DNA of 64,000 nucleotides from the NCBI GenBank assembly GCA_903937035.1, contig CAIZXS010000004.1:4693-68692 (forward strand). The letters run 5' to 3'. Shown here in pieces: positions 8,923 to 18,814 of this stretch. Within the stretch, counting starts at the first letter, position 1; the number at the start of each line of letters is the position of its first letter. Origin of the DNA: an uncultured bacterium. GTDB taxonomy: Bacteria > Patescibacteriota > Minisyncoccia > Moranbacterales > UBA2206. The notes under the pieces were generated by a model, which worked only from the letters and a program-made list of their open reading frames with translations, was not told the DNA's origin and searched no databases. A program made the translations under genes and the position numbers.

Positions 8923-8931
8923 GTATTTATA

Positions 8932-8963
8932 AAAAGAGACGCTCCACTATGGAGCGTCTCTTC
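8932..8963. terminator. hairpin terminator
   Basis: AAGAGACGCTCCA-cta-TGGAGCGTCTCTT. Confidence 0.7.
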
Positions 8964-9039
8964 TAATAAAGGTTGCTTTAAAGCCTTGTTTGGTGTATAG
9001 TCGATATATAGGCGAGATATAATATTTAAAACTAAATCA

Positions 9040-10308
9040 ATGGAAACGTTTAAAATATTGGGAGGAAAGAAATTGAAAGGGGAGATTGAGGTCCGTGGTT
9101 CGAAAAATGCGACAACGCCGATTCTTGCTGCGACGCTACTGACTAAGGAAGAGTGTATTATCTCGAATATTCCGCTTATCGAAGACGTTTACCGCATGCT
9201 TGAAATACTAGTGAGTATGGGCTCGGAGATTAGATGGTTGGGAAAAAGAAAGATTAGTATTAAAAATGAGAAAATTGACCCAAGGAAGATGGATCTCATG
9301 ACAGTGAAAAAATTGCGTTCTTCAATTTTGCTTTTGGGCTCTCTTAGCGCGCGCTTTGATAAGTTTGAATTTTATCGTCCCGGTGGCTGTGTAATTGGTG
9401 CGAGGCCACTTGGCACGCATTTTGAAGCTTTGCGGAAGATGGGAGTGGATATCTTGCAGAGCGAGCAGGGCTATTCGGTGATGGCAAAAAATAGAAAATG
9501 CGCAAAATTTACGTTAGGAGAGATGTCTGTGACTGCGACGGAAAATGCGATGATGCTTGCTGCTGCTCTTCCAGGAAAAACGATAATCAAAGTGACAGCC
9601 TGCGAGCCGCATGTTGAGGACTTGGGAAGATTTTTGGTGTCACTTGGTGCAAAAATTAAAGGCTTGGGAACGCATAGCTTGGAAATTACTGGCGCGAAAA
9701 AAACACATAAAACAAGCCATGTGATTATTCCGGATGCTAATGAGGCAGCTACTTTTCTTATCTTAGGTGTAACAACGGGGAGTAATATTGTGGTGAAAAA
9801 TGCCAGGGAGGAGCATCTTGATTTGGTTTTAGAAAAATTACGTGAGTTTGGAGCAGATTTTAAGATTAGCAAAAATGCTATTGAGGTTATTCCAGCAAAA
9901 AAACTAAAGGCGGTATCCAAAGTGGACACAAGAACGTATCCTGGCGTTCCTTCAGATGTTCAAGCTCCTTTTGGTGTTTTGGCCACACAGGCCCAAGGGG
10001 AGACACTCATCCATGACTCACTCTATGAAAGTCGCTTCAACTATGTAGGGGAGCTAAAAAAGATGGGGGCCAAGGCAAAAATTCTTGATCCACATCGGGT
10101 GCTTATCAGTGGTCCAACGCAATTGAAGGGCAAAACGATTACAAGTTTTGATCTGCGAGCTGGCGCAACATTAATTATTGCAGCGCTTATTGCCGACGGT
10201 GAAACTACGATAAAGGAAATTTATCAGGTCGACAGGGGTTATGAAAAAATTGAAGAGCGGTTGCAAAAGTTGGGCGCTGATATCAAAAGAATCGCTGAAA
10301 AAAAGTAG
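9040..10308 (+). CDS. murA: UDP-N-acetylglucosamine 1-carboxyvinyltransferase
   Basis: GSKNA, PGGCVIGARP (active-site Cys), SVTATEN, DLRAGA, DRGYE. Confidence 0.97.
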   Translation: METFKILGGKKLKGEIEVRGSKNATTPILAATLLTKEECIISNIPLIEDVYRMLEILVSMGSEIRWLGKRKISIKNEKIDPRKMDLMTVKKLRSSILLLGSLSARFDKFEFYRPGGCVIGARPLGTHFEALRKMGVDILQSEQGYSVMAKNRKCAKFTLGEMSVTATENAMMLAAALPGKTIIKVTACEPHVEDLGRFLVSLGAKIKGLGTHSLEITGAKKTHKTSHVIIPDANEAATFLILGVTTGSNIVVKNAREEHLDLVLEKLREFGADFKISKNAIEVIPAKKLKAVSKVDTRTYPGVPSDVQAPFGVLATQAQGETLIHDSLYESRFNYVGELKKMGAKAKILDPHRVLISGPTQLKGKTITSFDLRAGATLIIAALIADGETTIKEIYQVDRGYEKIEERLQKLGADIKRIAEKK

Positions 10309-10324
10309 CAAGTAATATGAATCT

Positions 10325-10780
10325 ATGCTTACAGAAAAATCTAAGCTAAAACCTGGGAGAGACTATATCGGAGTTGGCGGTGGAATTTTAATATTCAATG
10401 ATAAGAAGGAGGTTCTTCTCGCAAGAAGAAAGGGGACAAAAAATGAAGACGGTTTGTGGTCAAAGCCAGGAGGAGGAATTGATTATGGGGAGAAAGTTGA
10501 GGTGGCACTGAAGAGAGAGATTAAAGAAGAGGTTGGAATTGCTGTTGATATTTGGGGATACTCGCTACATACTGATCACATTATTAAAAAGGATAAACAG
10601 CACTGGGTGGCATTTAATTATTTGGCCAAAATTAAATCAGGTGTGCCAAAAAATCGGGAACCAGAAAAATGTGACAGAGTCGAATGGTTTAGTCTGGAAA
10701 AACTTCCGAGAAAGCTCAATCAGACAACGAGAGAAACAATTAAAAATTATCTAGCTGGGAAATATATTAAGTTAAAATAA
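10325..10780 (+). CDS. NUDIX hydrolase (MutT-like)
   Basis: Nudix box GGIDYGE...ALKREIKEEVG. Confidence 0.9.
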   Translation: MLTEKSKLKPGRDYIGVGGGILIFNDKKEVLLARRKGTKNEDGLWSKPGGGIDYGEKVEVALKREIKEEVGIAVDIWGYSLHTDHIIKKDKQHWVAFNYLAKIKSGVPKNREPEKCDRVEWFSLEKLPRKLNQTTRETIKNYLAGKYIKLK

Positions 10781-10790
10781 GGAAATTATC

Positions 10791-11798
10791 ATGCTTGTAC
10801 GAAAAATAGGAATAGATTTGGGCACAGCTAATGTTTTAGTTTTTGTCCCTGGCAAGGGCATTGTTTCTAATGAGCCATCAGTAGTGGCGATATCGCTTTT
10901 GGAGAATAAGGTTCTTGCGATTGGCAATGAGGCGAAAGAAATGCTCGGGAGAACACCAGACACTATTGTGGCGAGTCGTCCGATGCGTGACGGTGTGATT
11001 GCGGATTATAAAATCACTGAGGCGATGCTTAAGTATTTTATCAACAAGGTCAGTGGAAGATTCCGTTTGATTCGTCCCGAGGTGATGGTGTCTATTCCGG
11101 CAGGCGTAACTTCAACAGAAAGAAGGGCAGTGATTGACGCAACAATCAGGGCGGGAGCGAAAATGGCCTATGTTGTGAAAGAGCCAATCCTAGCGGCAAT
11201 TGGGGCGGGGATTCCGATTAACAATGCAGCGGGCAATATGATTATTGATATTGGGGGAGGAACATCAGAGGTGGCCGTGGTATCTCTCGGTGGTGTTGTT
11301 TCCGCGCATAGCGCACGGGTTGGTGGAAACAAGATTGATCAAGCTATCGCAGATTATATCAAGCGAAAATACAGTCTTTCAATTGGAGACCGTACGGCGG
11401 AAGACGTGAAGATTAAGATCGGCTCAGCTTTGCCTCAGGTCAAGGAGGATTATATGGATGTGCGGGGGCGTGATTTGACTGGGGGGCTTCCGCGGACGGT
11501 ACGCATTTCCTCTAATGAAGTGACGGAAGCGATTCAAGATGAACTGAGAGAAGTTATCAATGCGATAAAAAAGGTATTACAAGAAACTCCTCCAGAGTTG
11601 GCGGCCGATATTATGGATAAGGGCATGGTCCTTTCTGGTGGCGGGGCGCTTCTTCGCAATCTCGATCAATTGATTACTAAAACCATTGGTGTCCCGTGTT
11701 ATGTTGCAGATGACGCACTTTATTGCGTGATCAAAGGAATTGGGATTGCTTTGGAAAATCTGGATATGTATAAGAGGACAATGATGCTTTCGAAATAG
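10791..11798 (+). CDS. mreB: rod shape-determining protein MreB
   Basis: IGIDLGTAN, NEPSVVA, DIGGGTSE, GGGALLR. Confidence 0.97.
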   Translation: MLVRKIGIDLGTANVLVFVPGKGIVSNEPSVVAISLLENKVLAIGNEAKEMLGRTPDTIVASRPMRDGVIADYKITEAMLKYFINKVSGRFRLIRPEVMVSIPAGVTSTERRAVIDATIRAGAKMAYVVKEPILAAIGAGIPINNAAGNMIIDIGGGTSEVAVVSLGGVVSAHSARVGGNKIDQAIADYIKRKYSLSIGDRTAEDVKIKIGSALPQVKEDYMDVRGRDLTGGLPRTVRISSNEVTEAIQDELREVINAIKKVLQETPPELAADIMDKGMVLSGGGALLRNLDQLITKTIGVPCYVADDALYCVIKGIGIALENLDMYKRTMMLSK

Positions 11799-11799
11799 C

Positions 11800-11918
11800 G
11801 GACGTTTGTTTTCGGCGCATTTCTTCGTTAAAACCTCCGCTACTCGTTCGTCGTAGCAGTAATTACGTCTCACTCACTGCTCGATTTTGCCTCGAACTGC
11901 ACTCAAAAACAAACGTCC
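11800..11918. mobile_element. 119-bp MITE-like element
   Basis: Perfect 13-bp terminal inverted repeat GGACGTTTGTTTT/AAAACAAACGTCC, extendable imperfectly to ~24 bp, directly after the mreB stop. Confidence 0.55.
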
Positions 11919-11954
11919 TTAGTCTTATAATAAAACTAAAGTTCAAAAACTCTT

Positions 11955-13037
11955 ATGAAAATCGGTATTGATGGCTCGCGGGCTTTTTTAAAACAAAGAA
12001 CGGGTGTTGAAGAGTATTCCTATCAGGTGATTAGGCAGTTACGTACGCGCTTGAAAGAGCATCGCGTTATTCTTTATCTGCGAGGGACACAGAGGGTGGA
12101 TTTTTCTGTGCCAAAAAATTGGCAGATTAAAAAGATTCGATTTCCGCGCCTTTGGACGCAAATCGGACTATCCATGGAACTTTTTCTTCATCCAATCGAT
12201 GTCCTTTTTGTCCCGGCACACACTGTGCCGGTTTTTCATCCTAAAAAAACTGTTGTGACAATCCATGGCTTGGAATATGAAATTATGCCAGAGGCGTATT
12301 CTCCTTTCGAGCGATTTTATATGCGCTTCTCGATTAAAAATTCTTGTCGTTGGGCAACTAAGATTATTTGTGTTTCCAAAAACACTAAAAGAGATTTAAT
12401 GAATCTCTACGAGGTTCCGGAAGATAAAATTAATATTGTCTATGAGGGTTATGAAGATAAAACGGGAGAGCTTGATTGGGAAGATGGCAGCGAGGTTGAG
12501 GAAATGAAGCCATATTTATTCTTCATGGGACGCTTGGAAAAACGCAAAAATATTTTAGGCATAGTAGAAGCCTTTGATTTATTCAAAAAAAAGACCAAGG
12601 CTAAGCATAAATTGGTCTTAGGTGGTAAATTTGGTTTTGGAGAGGCTGAGATACGAGAGCGCATCGAAAAGTCCGAGTATAGAAAAGATATTATTATATT
12701 GGGCTATGTGAAGGATGTCAAAAAATGGCAATTGTTTAAAAACGCAGCTGTTTTTCTTTTCCCCACGCTCTACGAAGGTTTTGGCTTGCCTGTCTTGGAA
12801 GCGCAAAGTCAGGGCGTTCCAGTTGTCACTTCCAATACATCATCACTTCCCGAAGTGGCCAATGGGAGCGCGTATTTAGTTGATCCAACAGAGCCAGAAA
12901 TGATTTCTGAGGCGATGATTACTCTCGTACAGAATGAGAAGATGGCTAAGGATATGATTAAAAGAGGCTATGAAAATATCAAGCGGTTCAGTTGGAAAAA
13001 CTGTGCCGATTTGATTGCGACGGTCTTGACGGAATAA
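11955..13037 (+). CDS. glycosyltransferase family 4
   Basis: GRLEKRKN, FPTLYEGFGLPVLEAQ, SSLPEV. Confidence 0.92.
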   Translation: MKIGIDGSRAFLKQRTGVEEYSYQVIRQLRTRLKEHRVILYLRGTQRVDFSVPKNWQIKKIRFPRLWTQIGLSMELFLHPIDVLFVPAHTVPVFHPKKTVVTIHGLEYEIMPEAYSPFERFYMRFSIKNSCRWATKIICVSKNTKRDLMNLYEVPEDKINIVYEGYEDKTGELDWEDGSEVEEMKPYLFFMGRLEKRKNILGIVEAFDLFKKKTKAKHKLVLGGKFGFGEAEIRERIEKSEYRKDIIILGYVKDVKKWQLFKNAAVFLFPTLYEGFGLPVLEAQSQGVPVVTSNTSSLPEVANGSAYLVDPTEPEMISEAMITLVQNEKMAKDMIKRGYENIKRFSWKNCADLIATVLTE

Positions 13038-13082
13038 TTTTTTGTGTGATTTTTGAGTGGGGTCTTGATCCAGCGAGATGGC

Positions 13083-13478
13083 TTATGTTTCAAATATTTC
13101 GAGATCAGCTTTTGTAGCTTTTTTTCTGCTCGATAAAGTCTCTAGCTCAGTTTTTAATTTTAAAATAGTGGCAGAATTAGACGCTTCATCTTGCTTTGTG
13201 GTGGGTTGGCCTGCTAGTTGTTTTATGCTTTTGGCTATGCGATTTTCCTCTTCTTCGATTTTACTGAGCTCTTCATTTATTGCAGCGGCCTCCGCCTGCG
13301 CAACATCAACTTTCGAAAGTTTATTTTTTCTCAGTAATTGATCCATTATTGGGCGACTATCATTGTGGATATTTGCCACAAGCGCATTCCTGTCATCTTC
13401 AATCATTCTTAAATCTCTTTTCGTGAAATCATCTTTAGGCTTAGTGGTGGCCTCTCTTCTTTGAGAATTAGGATTCAA
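13083..13478 (-). CDS. orphan coiled-coil protein, possibly a pseudogene
   Basis: 131-codon charged helical ORF with a TTG start; in-frame ATG at 13511 is blocked by TAA at codon 4. Confidence 0.45.
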   Translation of the reverse strand: MNPNSQRREATTKPKDDFTKRDLRMIEDDRNALVANIHNDSRPIMDQLLRKNKLSKVDVAQAEAAAINEELSKIEEEENRIAKSIKQLAGQPTTKQDEASNSATILKLKTELETLSSRKKATKADLEIFET

Positions 13479-13716
13479 TTCCTTAGTGCTTGGTGCATGT
13501 TAGGAAAACATATTTTTTCTATCGATTAATTATTTAGTTGCTTTTGCATTGAAAACGTATAAATATGGTCAGGAGATGCTTTGCTTTATGTCGGGGGGAG
13601 AACTTATTGAGCACATTTTAGCATGTCCCCGGTTTTGGTGCAAAAACTGTTGATTTATGCTAGAATTGGAATTACTGAAATATTTACTAAAATGACTAAT
13701 TTGGGTCTCAAATGAT

Positions 13717-14880
13717 ATGTTTGATAAAAAAGAATTGAAAGTTGCTTTGGTGCACGATTTTCTTGTTGAATTTGGCGGGGCAGAGCGAGTCCTGAAAACG
13801 CTTTCAGAAATGTTTCCAAATGCGCCAATCTATACCTTACTTTCAGAGAAAGATAAATTTCCCGATTGGCTGAAGAATAAAAAAGTGGAAGTTTCCTTTT
13901 TGCAAAAGTGGCCCAGGTTCTTGCGTAATAGAAAAAAGTGGCTTTTGCCATTTTTGCCAGTAGCACCAGAAACTTTCAATTTGCGTGATTTCGATCTGAT
14001 CATCTCCAGCTCCGGGGCATGGTCCAAGGGAATTGTGACTCGTCTTGATACGATCCATATCTCCTATCTGCATAGTCCGATGCGTTTTGCTTGGGATATG
14101 AATGGGGAGTATTTGCGTCAGCAAAATAAAGGTGGAATCATTAATTTTTTCAGTCGATATATGTTGAATTATATCCGTCTTTGGGATTTTGCTGCTGCAG
14201 ATCGACCAGAATATTTAATTGCTAATTCTCATTATACGAAAGACAGGATTAAAAAATACTATAATCGTGAAGCCCCTGTGATTTATCCGCCCGTATCGTT
14301 ATGCGAAACGTTACGGACAAATCCTCCAGTTTCTGCTAATGAGTCTGGTGGATCTAAGCTTGCAGAAAAGAAATACTTTCTTGTTGTTTCACGACTTTCT
14401 GCTTATAAAAAAATTGATGTAGTTGTGGAGGCATTTAATAAATTGGAACTACCATTGGTGATTGTGGGTACCGGTGAGCAAGAAAAATATCTCAAATCAA
14501 TAGCGGGGAAAAATATTAAGTTTTTAGGTTTTCAGTCTGACATGGAATTGTCAAAAATCTACGCTGGAGCATGGGGCTTTATTTTTCCAGCACTTGATGA
14601 TTTTGGCATTGCGCCAGTGGAGGCGATGTTGCATGGTGTTCCTGTGATAGGTCTTAGGATGGGCGGAATGAGGGAGATCTTGCTTGAGGGAAAGACAGGC
14701 GAGTTCTTCGACAGTGTTACTTCGGAGATTATTGCTGATGGCGTGCGTAGATTTAGGGAAAAAGAAAGTACCTATAGCAAGGAAGTGATTGTCGCGCGAG
14801 CCAAAGAATTTAGCGAAGAAAGATTCGTGAGGGAATTGGAGCTGTTTATTAATAATATATATGAAAATCCTGGGAAATAA
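13717..14880 (+). CDS. glycosyltransferase family 4 (WbaZ-like mannosyltransferase type)
   Basis: VALVHDFLVEFGGAERV, YLHSPMRFAWD, DDFGIAPVEAM. Confidence 0.9.
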   Translation: MFDKKELKVALVHDFLVEFGGAERVLKTLSEMFPNAPIYTLLSEKDKFPDWLKNKKVEVSFLQKWPRFLRNRKKWLLPFLPVAPETFNLRDFDLIISSSGAWSKGIVTRLDTIHISYLHSPMRFAWDMNGEYLRQQNKGGIINFFSRYMLNYIRLWDFAAADRPEYLIANSHYTKDRIKKYYNREAPVIYPPVSLCETLRTNPPVSANESGGSKLAEKKYFLVVSRLSAYKKIDVVVEAFNKLELPLVIVGTGEQEKYLKSIAGKNIKFLGFQSDMELSKIYAGAWGFIFPALDDFGIAPVEAMLHGVPVIGLRMGGMREILLEGKTGEFFDSVTSEIIADGVRRFREKESTYSKEVIVARAKEFSEERFVRELELFINNIYENPGK

Positions 14881-15742
14881 GAAAATCGTTGATTCGCTGA
14901 ATAGAGCGATAGAGAAGAAAGTTTTTGTGCAAAGTTATCTTTTTTGTGGTCCTGAGGCGCTTGGGAAATTTCTAGTGGCCAAGGAATTTGCAGAAAAGCT
15001 GACCGGAAATGGGGATGGAGCGGTAGATCTGAATCTTCTTGTAATCGAGCCGGAAATTGAAGAAAAAGACGACATTTTAAAAGAAAAAGAAATTAAATTA
15101 GAATCAATCAAGAAATTGCAAAAAGAATTCAGTCTAACTTCTTTTTCGAAAAATCATCGCGTGGCAATTATTCGCAGTGCGCAGAAGTTAAATATATCAG
15201 CACAAAATTCATTATTGAAAATACTTGAAGAGCCACCTGAAAATACGATCATCATCCTTATCGCTGAAGACGAGAAAAAGCTTCTGCCAACAATTATCTC
15301 TCGTTGTCAGATCAAGCGGTTTAGTCTTTTGTCCGAAGCTGAATTGAGCGGAATGATCGATGAGGCGTTACCTAATAGAGAAGAATTAATTTTTTGGTCA
15401 CTTGGTCGTCCAGGCTTAGCGTGTAATTTGTTAGACAAAAAGGTTGGACTGGAAGAAAAGCGAGAGCTGGTCAGGGAATTGCAATCACTGTTTTCTATGA
15501 GCGGAAATGAAAAACTACTTTGCGCCGAAGCTTTGAGCAAAAATACGCCACTGCTCTTGGAAAAAATGGATTTCTGGATTATTCTTTTGCGCGGCGTGAT
15601 TTTGGGTCAAAAAAGCTTAATTACGAGCTCTCCAGTGAAAGCATTGAAATTAATAGAAAGGATAGAGGGGAGTAAACGGACAATTAAAAGCACAAATTCT
15701 AATGTGCGTTTGGTGGTAGAAAACTTGGTTTTGGCTTTCTGA
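14861..15742 (+). CDS. holB: DNA polymerase III delta' subunit
   Basis: SYLFCGP..LGK, AQNSLLKILEEPP, LLPTIISRCQ; Zn-finger cysteines absent. Confidence 0.85.
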   Translation: MKILGNKKIVDSLNRAIEKKVFVQSYLFCGPEALGKFLVAKEFAEKLTGNGDGAVDLNLLVIEPEIEEKDDILKEKEIKLESIKKLQKEFSLTSFSKNHRVAIIRSAQKLNISAQNSLLKILEEPPENTIIILIAEDEKKLLPTIISRCQIKRFSLLSEAELSGMIDEALPNREELIFWSLGRPGLACNLLDKKVGLEEKRELVRELQSLFSMSGNEKLLCAEALSKNTPLLLEKMDFWIILLRGVILGQKSLITSSPVKALKLIERIEGSKRTIKSTNSNVRLVVENLVLAF

Positions 15743-15845
15743 TTGGTGTTAATTTTATGGCGCTGGTGCTGGTGCGTTGAAGTGAGGTTTCTTTTTGAGT
15801 GAGTGGAGTTGTGATACGAGATTTTTTGTTAAGGCGAGCGTTAGT

Positions 15846-16763
15846 ATGTTCAAAATCATTAATCACAAGGAACGTCGAAAAAAGGTCGATTTGCCACGGA
15901 GTAAAAAGCCGTTTTCCGGCAAATGGGTTTATCGTCTAGTGGCGGTATTGTTTTTTGCAACCGTAATTTTTACGCTATTTTTTTCTGACTATTTGACAAT
16001 AATAGACATGAGAATTTCCGGTTTAAATAAATTGGAAGAGGCGCTAATCCGAAATGCGATTGAAAATGAGTTGCGGGGTAAATATGCAGGATCAGTCCGC
16101 AGGGATAATTTGATTGTATTTAGCGGGAAAAAAACGACGGAGATGCTTTTGGCTAACTTCAAGCGAATAAAAGCCGCACGGATTGAGAAGAATTTTCCAA
16201 ATGGCTTGAGTGTGACAATCGAAAAGAGGAAGCTCACAATGTTGTTTTGTAGTTTGGGCAACTGTTATGTTTTGAATGAGAAGGGCGAAACATATGGAGC
16301 TTTAAATTTCACTGCAGAAGAGTTGGAAAAGGAAAATATTGTAACCCTTAACGATTCAGGCGGTGTGCAAATTGATGCAGAAACCAGCCCTCTCGAAAGC
16401 TCTTTTCAGGAATTTATCTTGAAACTAGAAAAGGCGGTCTTTGATGGTACCGGAATTGTACTCAAAAAGCAATATGAAACACCAAGTCGGATGTCGGGTG
16501 ATTTGAAGGTGGAAACAGAAGATGGTTGGAAAATCTATTTTAGCGAGTCTGTGGGAATAGAGCGGGAAATATTGATGCTGAGGACTGCAGTTATTGATAA
16601 AATTGAAAAAGAGCGCCAAAAAGATCTTGAATACGTGGATTTACGCATCGCTAACAAGGTTTTCTATAAATTTAAAGAGGGGCTTGAGCAGTCCCAAGCA
16701 GTGGAAAATGTCGTGGTGCCAGAGGTGAAAAAGGAGGAAAAGAAAGAAAAGAAAAAGAAATAA
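15846..16763 (+). CDS. FtsQ/DivIB-like cell division protein
   Basis: Basic N-tail, one TM, POTRA-like K.FPN.L.V.I.KR, C-terminal EYVDLR; ATG at 15846 preferred. Confidence 0.75.
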   Translation: MFKIINHKERRKKVDLPRSKKPFSGKWVYRLVAVLFFATVIFTLFFSDYLTIIDMRISGLNKLEEALIRNAIENELRGKYAGSVRRDNLIVFSGKKTTEMLLANFKRIKAARIEKNFPNGLSVTIEKRKLTMLFCSLGNCYVLNEKGETYGALNFTAEELEKENIVTLNDSGGVQIDAETSPLESSFQEFILKLEKAVFDGTGIVLKKQYETPSRMSGDLKVETEDGWKIYFSESVGIEREILMLRTAVIDKIEKERQKDLEYVDLRIANKVFYKFKEGLEQSQAVENVVVPEVKKEEKKEKKKK

Positions 16764-18620
16764 TTAGTTCAAGTTTTTCAAATCATTCTCATTGACTCGA
16801 TAGATGAGAAGAGATGTGCCTACTTGATATGTGGGTTTAAGTTTTTGAGTCCAGCGATAAGTTTCCTGGTCTTTTTTTGTTGCGTCATAGATACTACCCT
16901 GGAGGAAATTAGTTGAGATGGCATACCAACCAGCTTCGATGGGGCGCTTGGAATCGTACCACATAATATATTTATCTTTGACGTAGTATTTTATATCTGC
17001 TCCACCAAAATAATCAACACGGATTTTATCAATTTCTGGGTGTTCGTCAAGAAATGGTTGTAGTCTTTTCAAATCTTGTCCCCAATCAGCATTGGAATCT
17101 GTGACAAAATTATAGCCATTTTTCGGTCCACCAGCGGTTTGATTGAAATAGGACATATAATAGGGGTAGGCGGTCACAGTCTCGACGATAAGTAGTAGTG
17201 AAAAAATAAGTACGATTGACAGCGATAGTATTTTTGCGGGAATATTTCTTCTTTTTTCACAAAAGTCGATGATGATTTTAGCAGTAAGGATGTAGGCAAA
17301 GGGCAAGATTGGAAAGAGATGGCGAAAGCCAATATTGAGGTTTCCAGTAATGCTGATGTAGGCATAGAGTAGGATGAAAGCGAACATCGCTAGTGTTTCA
17401 ATGTTGTGCCTAAGATAGTCTCTGAACGCCGTGAGCCATGGTGATTTTTGGGCAGATTCTTTGAAGCGATCAAAGAATGCTTTAATATTATTCCAAAAAC
17501 CGATGACGGCAGCAAATAGCATCAGCAGTAACATTATTATCGGTTCTTTAAGCGCGAAAACTGTTGGGAAATAGGCAGGAAAGGCAGCATTGGAAACTTG
17601 ACCCATGAAATAGGCGCCATTGCCACCAGCTACTCTTTTGAAAACCATAGCGATGCCAAGGAAATATTCTGATAGCGGGCGTAATAGGGCTGTTTCATTG
17701 AGAACAAGGAGTGTTTTATTGGTGTAGATGTTTTTGATGTTTTCTGTGTCCGTAGGACTAAAATAGAAGTTGATTGTTTCAGCCAATTTTTCTTTGGGCA
17801 TATCAAAGTTATTGAAGGCATAGAATAGCCAAACAATAAGGAGGGAAAAAGCGATAGCGACAAGGCTTTTTCCTAGGTATTCTCCTAATTTTTTTAGCTT
17901 AAAAAGCCAGGCGCTTTTCTCTTCGGGAGGAATTTTTTTGACCAGAGGGTAGATGATTGCGATAAGACCGAAAATGGGAAAGAGCATGATGGAAGAAAAT
18001 TTCGTCAGTTGGACAAGAGCAAGGAAGAGTCCGCCGAGCGCGACATTTTTCCAGGAAGGGTCTTTGATGAATTTCAAAAAATAATAAAATGACAGCATCA
18101 TGAATCCAGCAATGCCAAGGTCGGTTGTAACGAAATGATTATGGCCCAAAATATTGGGATCAAATGCGTAGAGGGTTAGGGCGAGGAGTCCGCCGATTGT
18201 TCCTGCAAGTTCTTTGCTCCATTTGAAAATGAATAGGCCAAAAAGCAGAGAAAGTAGGACAAATGGAATGCGCGCCCAAAAAATAAGTAGATCAGGATCG
18301 TTACCATTTAGCCAGAAAAGATTGTGACCAGCCACCCATTGACCATTAACATCGGTGGTCCAAAAATTTTGCGTGGTATCAAAGTTTAAGTTTAAAAAAA
18401 GCAAAGGAAATGCGGCGAGGTCTTTCAGCAGTGGCGGATGTTCTGGGTTAAGGCGCATGTCATGCATCGTCAGGTAGGAATAGCCGGCAGGGATGTGGGC
18501 AGTTTCATCGAAAATGGCACTGTCCCACCAAGCATTCAGGACGGAAACCGTAAAGATGAAAGCGAGGATGACTCCAATAACTAGCTTGTAGTTTTTTTCC
18601 AAAAATTTTTGGATTGACAT
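16764..18620 (-). CDS. GT-C fold membrane glycosyltransferase (PMT/ArnT-like)
   Basis: DETAHIPAG..Y, NPEHPPLLK, multi-TM, GFRHLFPILPF, DSNADWGQDL. Confidence 0.85.
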   Translation of the reverse strand: MSIQKFLEKNYKLVIGVILAFIFTVSVLNAWWDSAIFDETAHIPAGYSYLTMHDMRLNPEHPPLLKDLAAFPLLFLNLNFDTTQNFWTTDVNGQWVAGHNLFWLNGNDPDLLIFWARIPFVLLSLLFGLFIFKWSKELAGTIGGLLALTLYAFDPNILGHNHFVTTDLGIAGFMMLSFYYFLKFIKDPSWKNVALGGLFLALVQLTKFSSIMLFPIFGLIAIIYPLVKKIPPEEKSAWLFKLKKLGEYLGKSLVAIAFSLLIVWLFYAFNNFDMPKEKLAETINFYFSPTDTENIKNIYTNKTLLVLNETALLRPLSEYFLGIAMVFKRVAGGNGAYFMGQVSNAAFPAYFPTVFALKEPIIMLLLMLFAAVIGFWNNIKAFFDRFKESAQKSPWLTAFRDYLRHNIETLAMFAFILLYAYISITGNLNIGFRHLFPILPFAYILTAKIIIDFCEKRRNIPAKILSLSIVLIFSLLLIVETVTAYPYYMSYFNQTAGGPKNGYNFVTDSNADWGQDLKRLQPFLDEHPEIDKIRVDYFGGADIKYYVKDKYIMWYDSKRPIEAGWYAISTNFLQGSIYDATKKDQETYRWTQKLKPTYQVGTSLLIYRVNENDLKNLN

Positions 18621-18814
18621 AGGTTTAGTATGTTTAGTTTATTATCATTTTTTAAGCTTTAAATTCATCGTAAGATTAGTATATCATATTTTTATGTTAT
18701 CCACAGCAGGAAGTCATTTGGCTTGTAGCAAGAATTGTTTTTTTGTTGTATAATTTAAACAAGAGAAAGTTTTAGTTATCTTTTTAATATTTATAATAAA
18801 TTAGAAATAAAAAA

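Noticed and set aside
14861-15742. holB as a pseudogene because the Zn finger is missing
   Set aside because: The ORF is full length with an intact SRC motif; Zn-less delta' variants are plausible in reduced genomes
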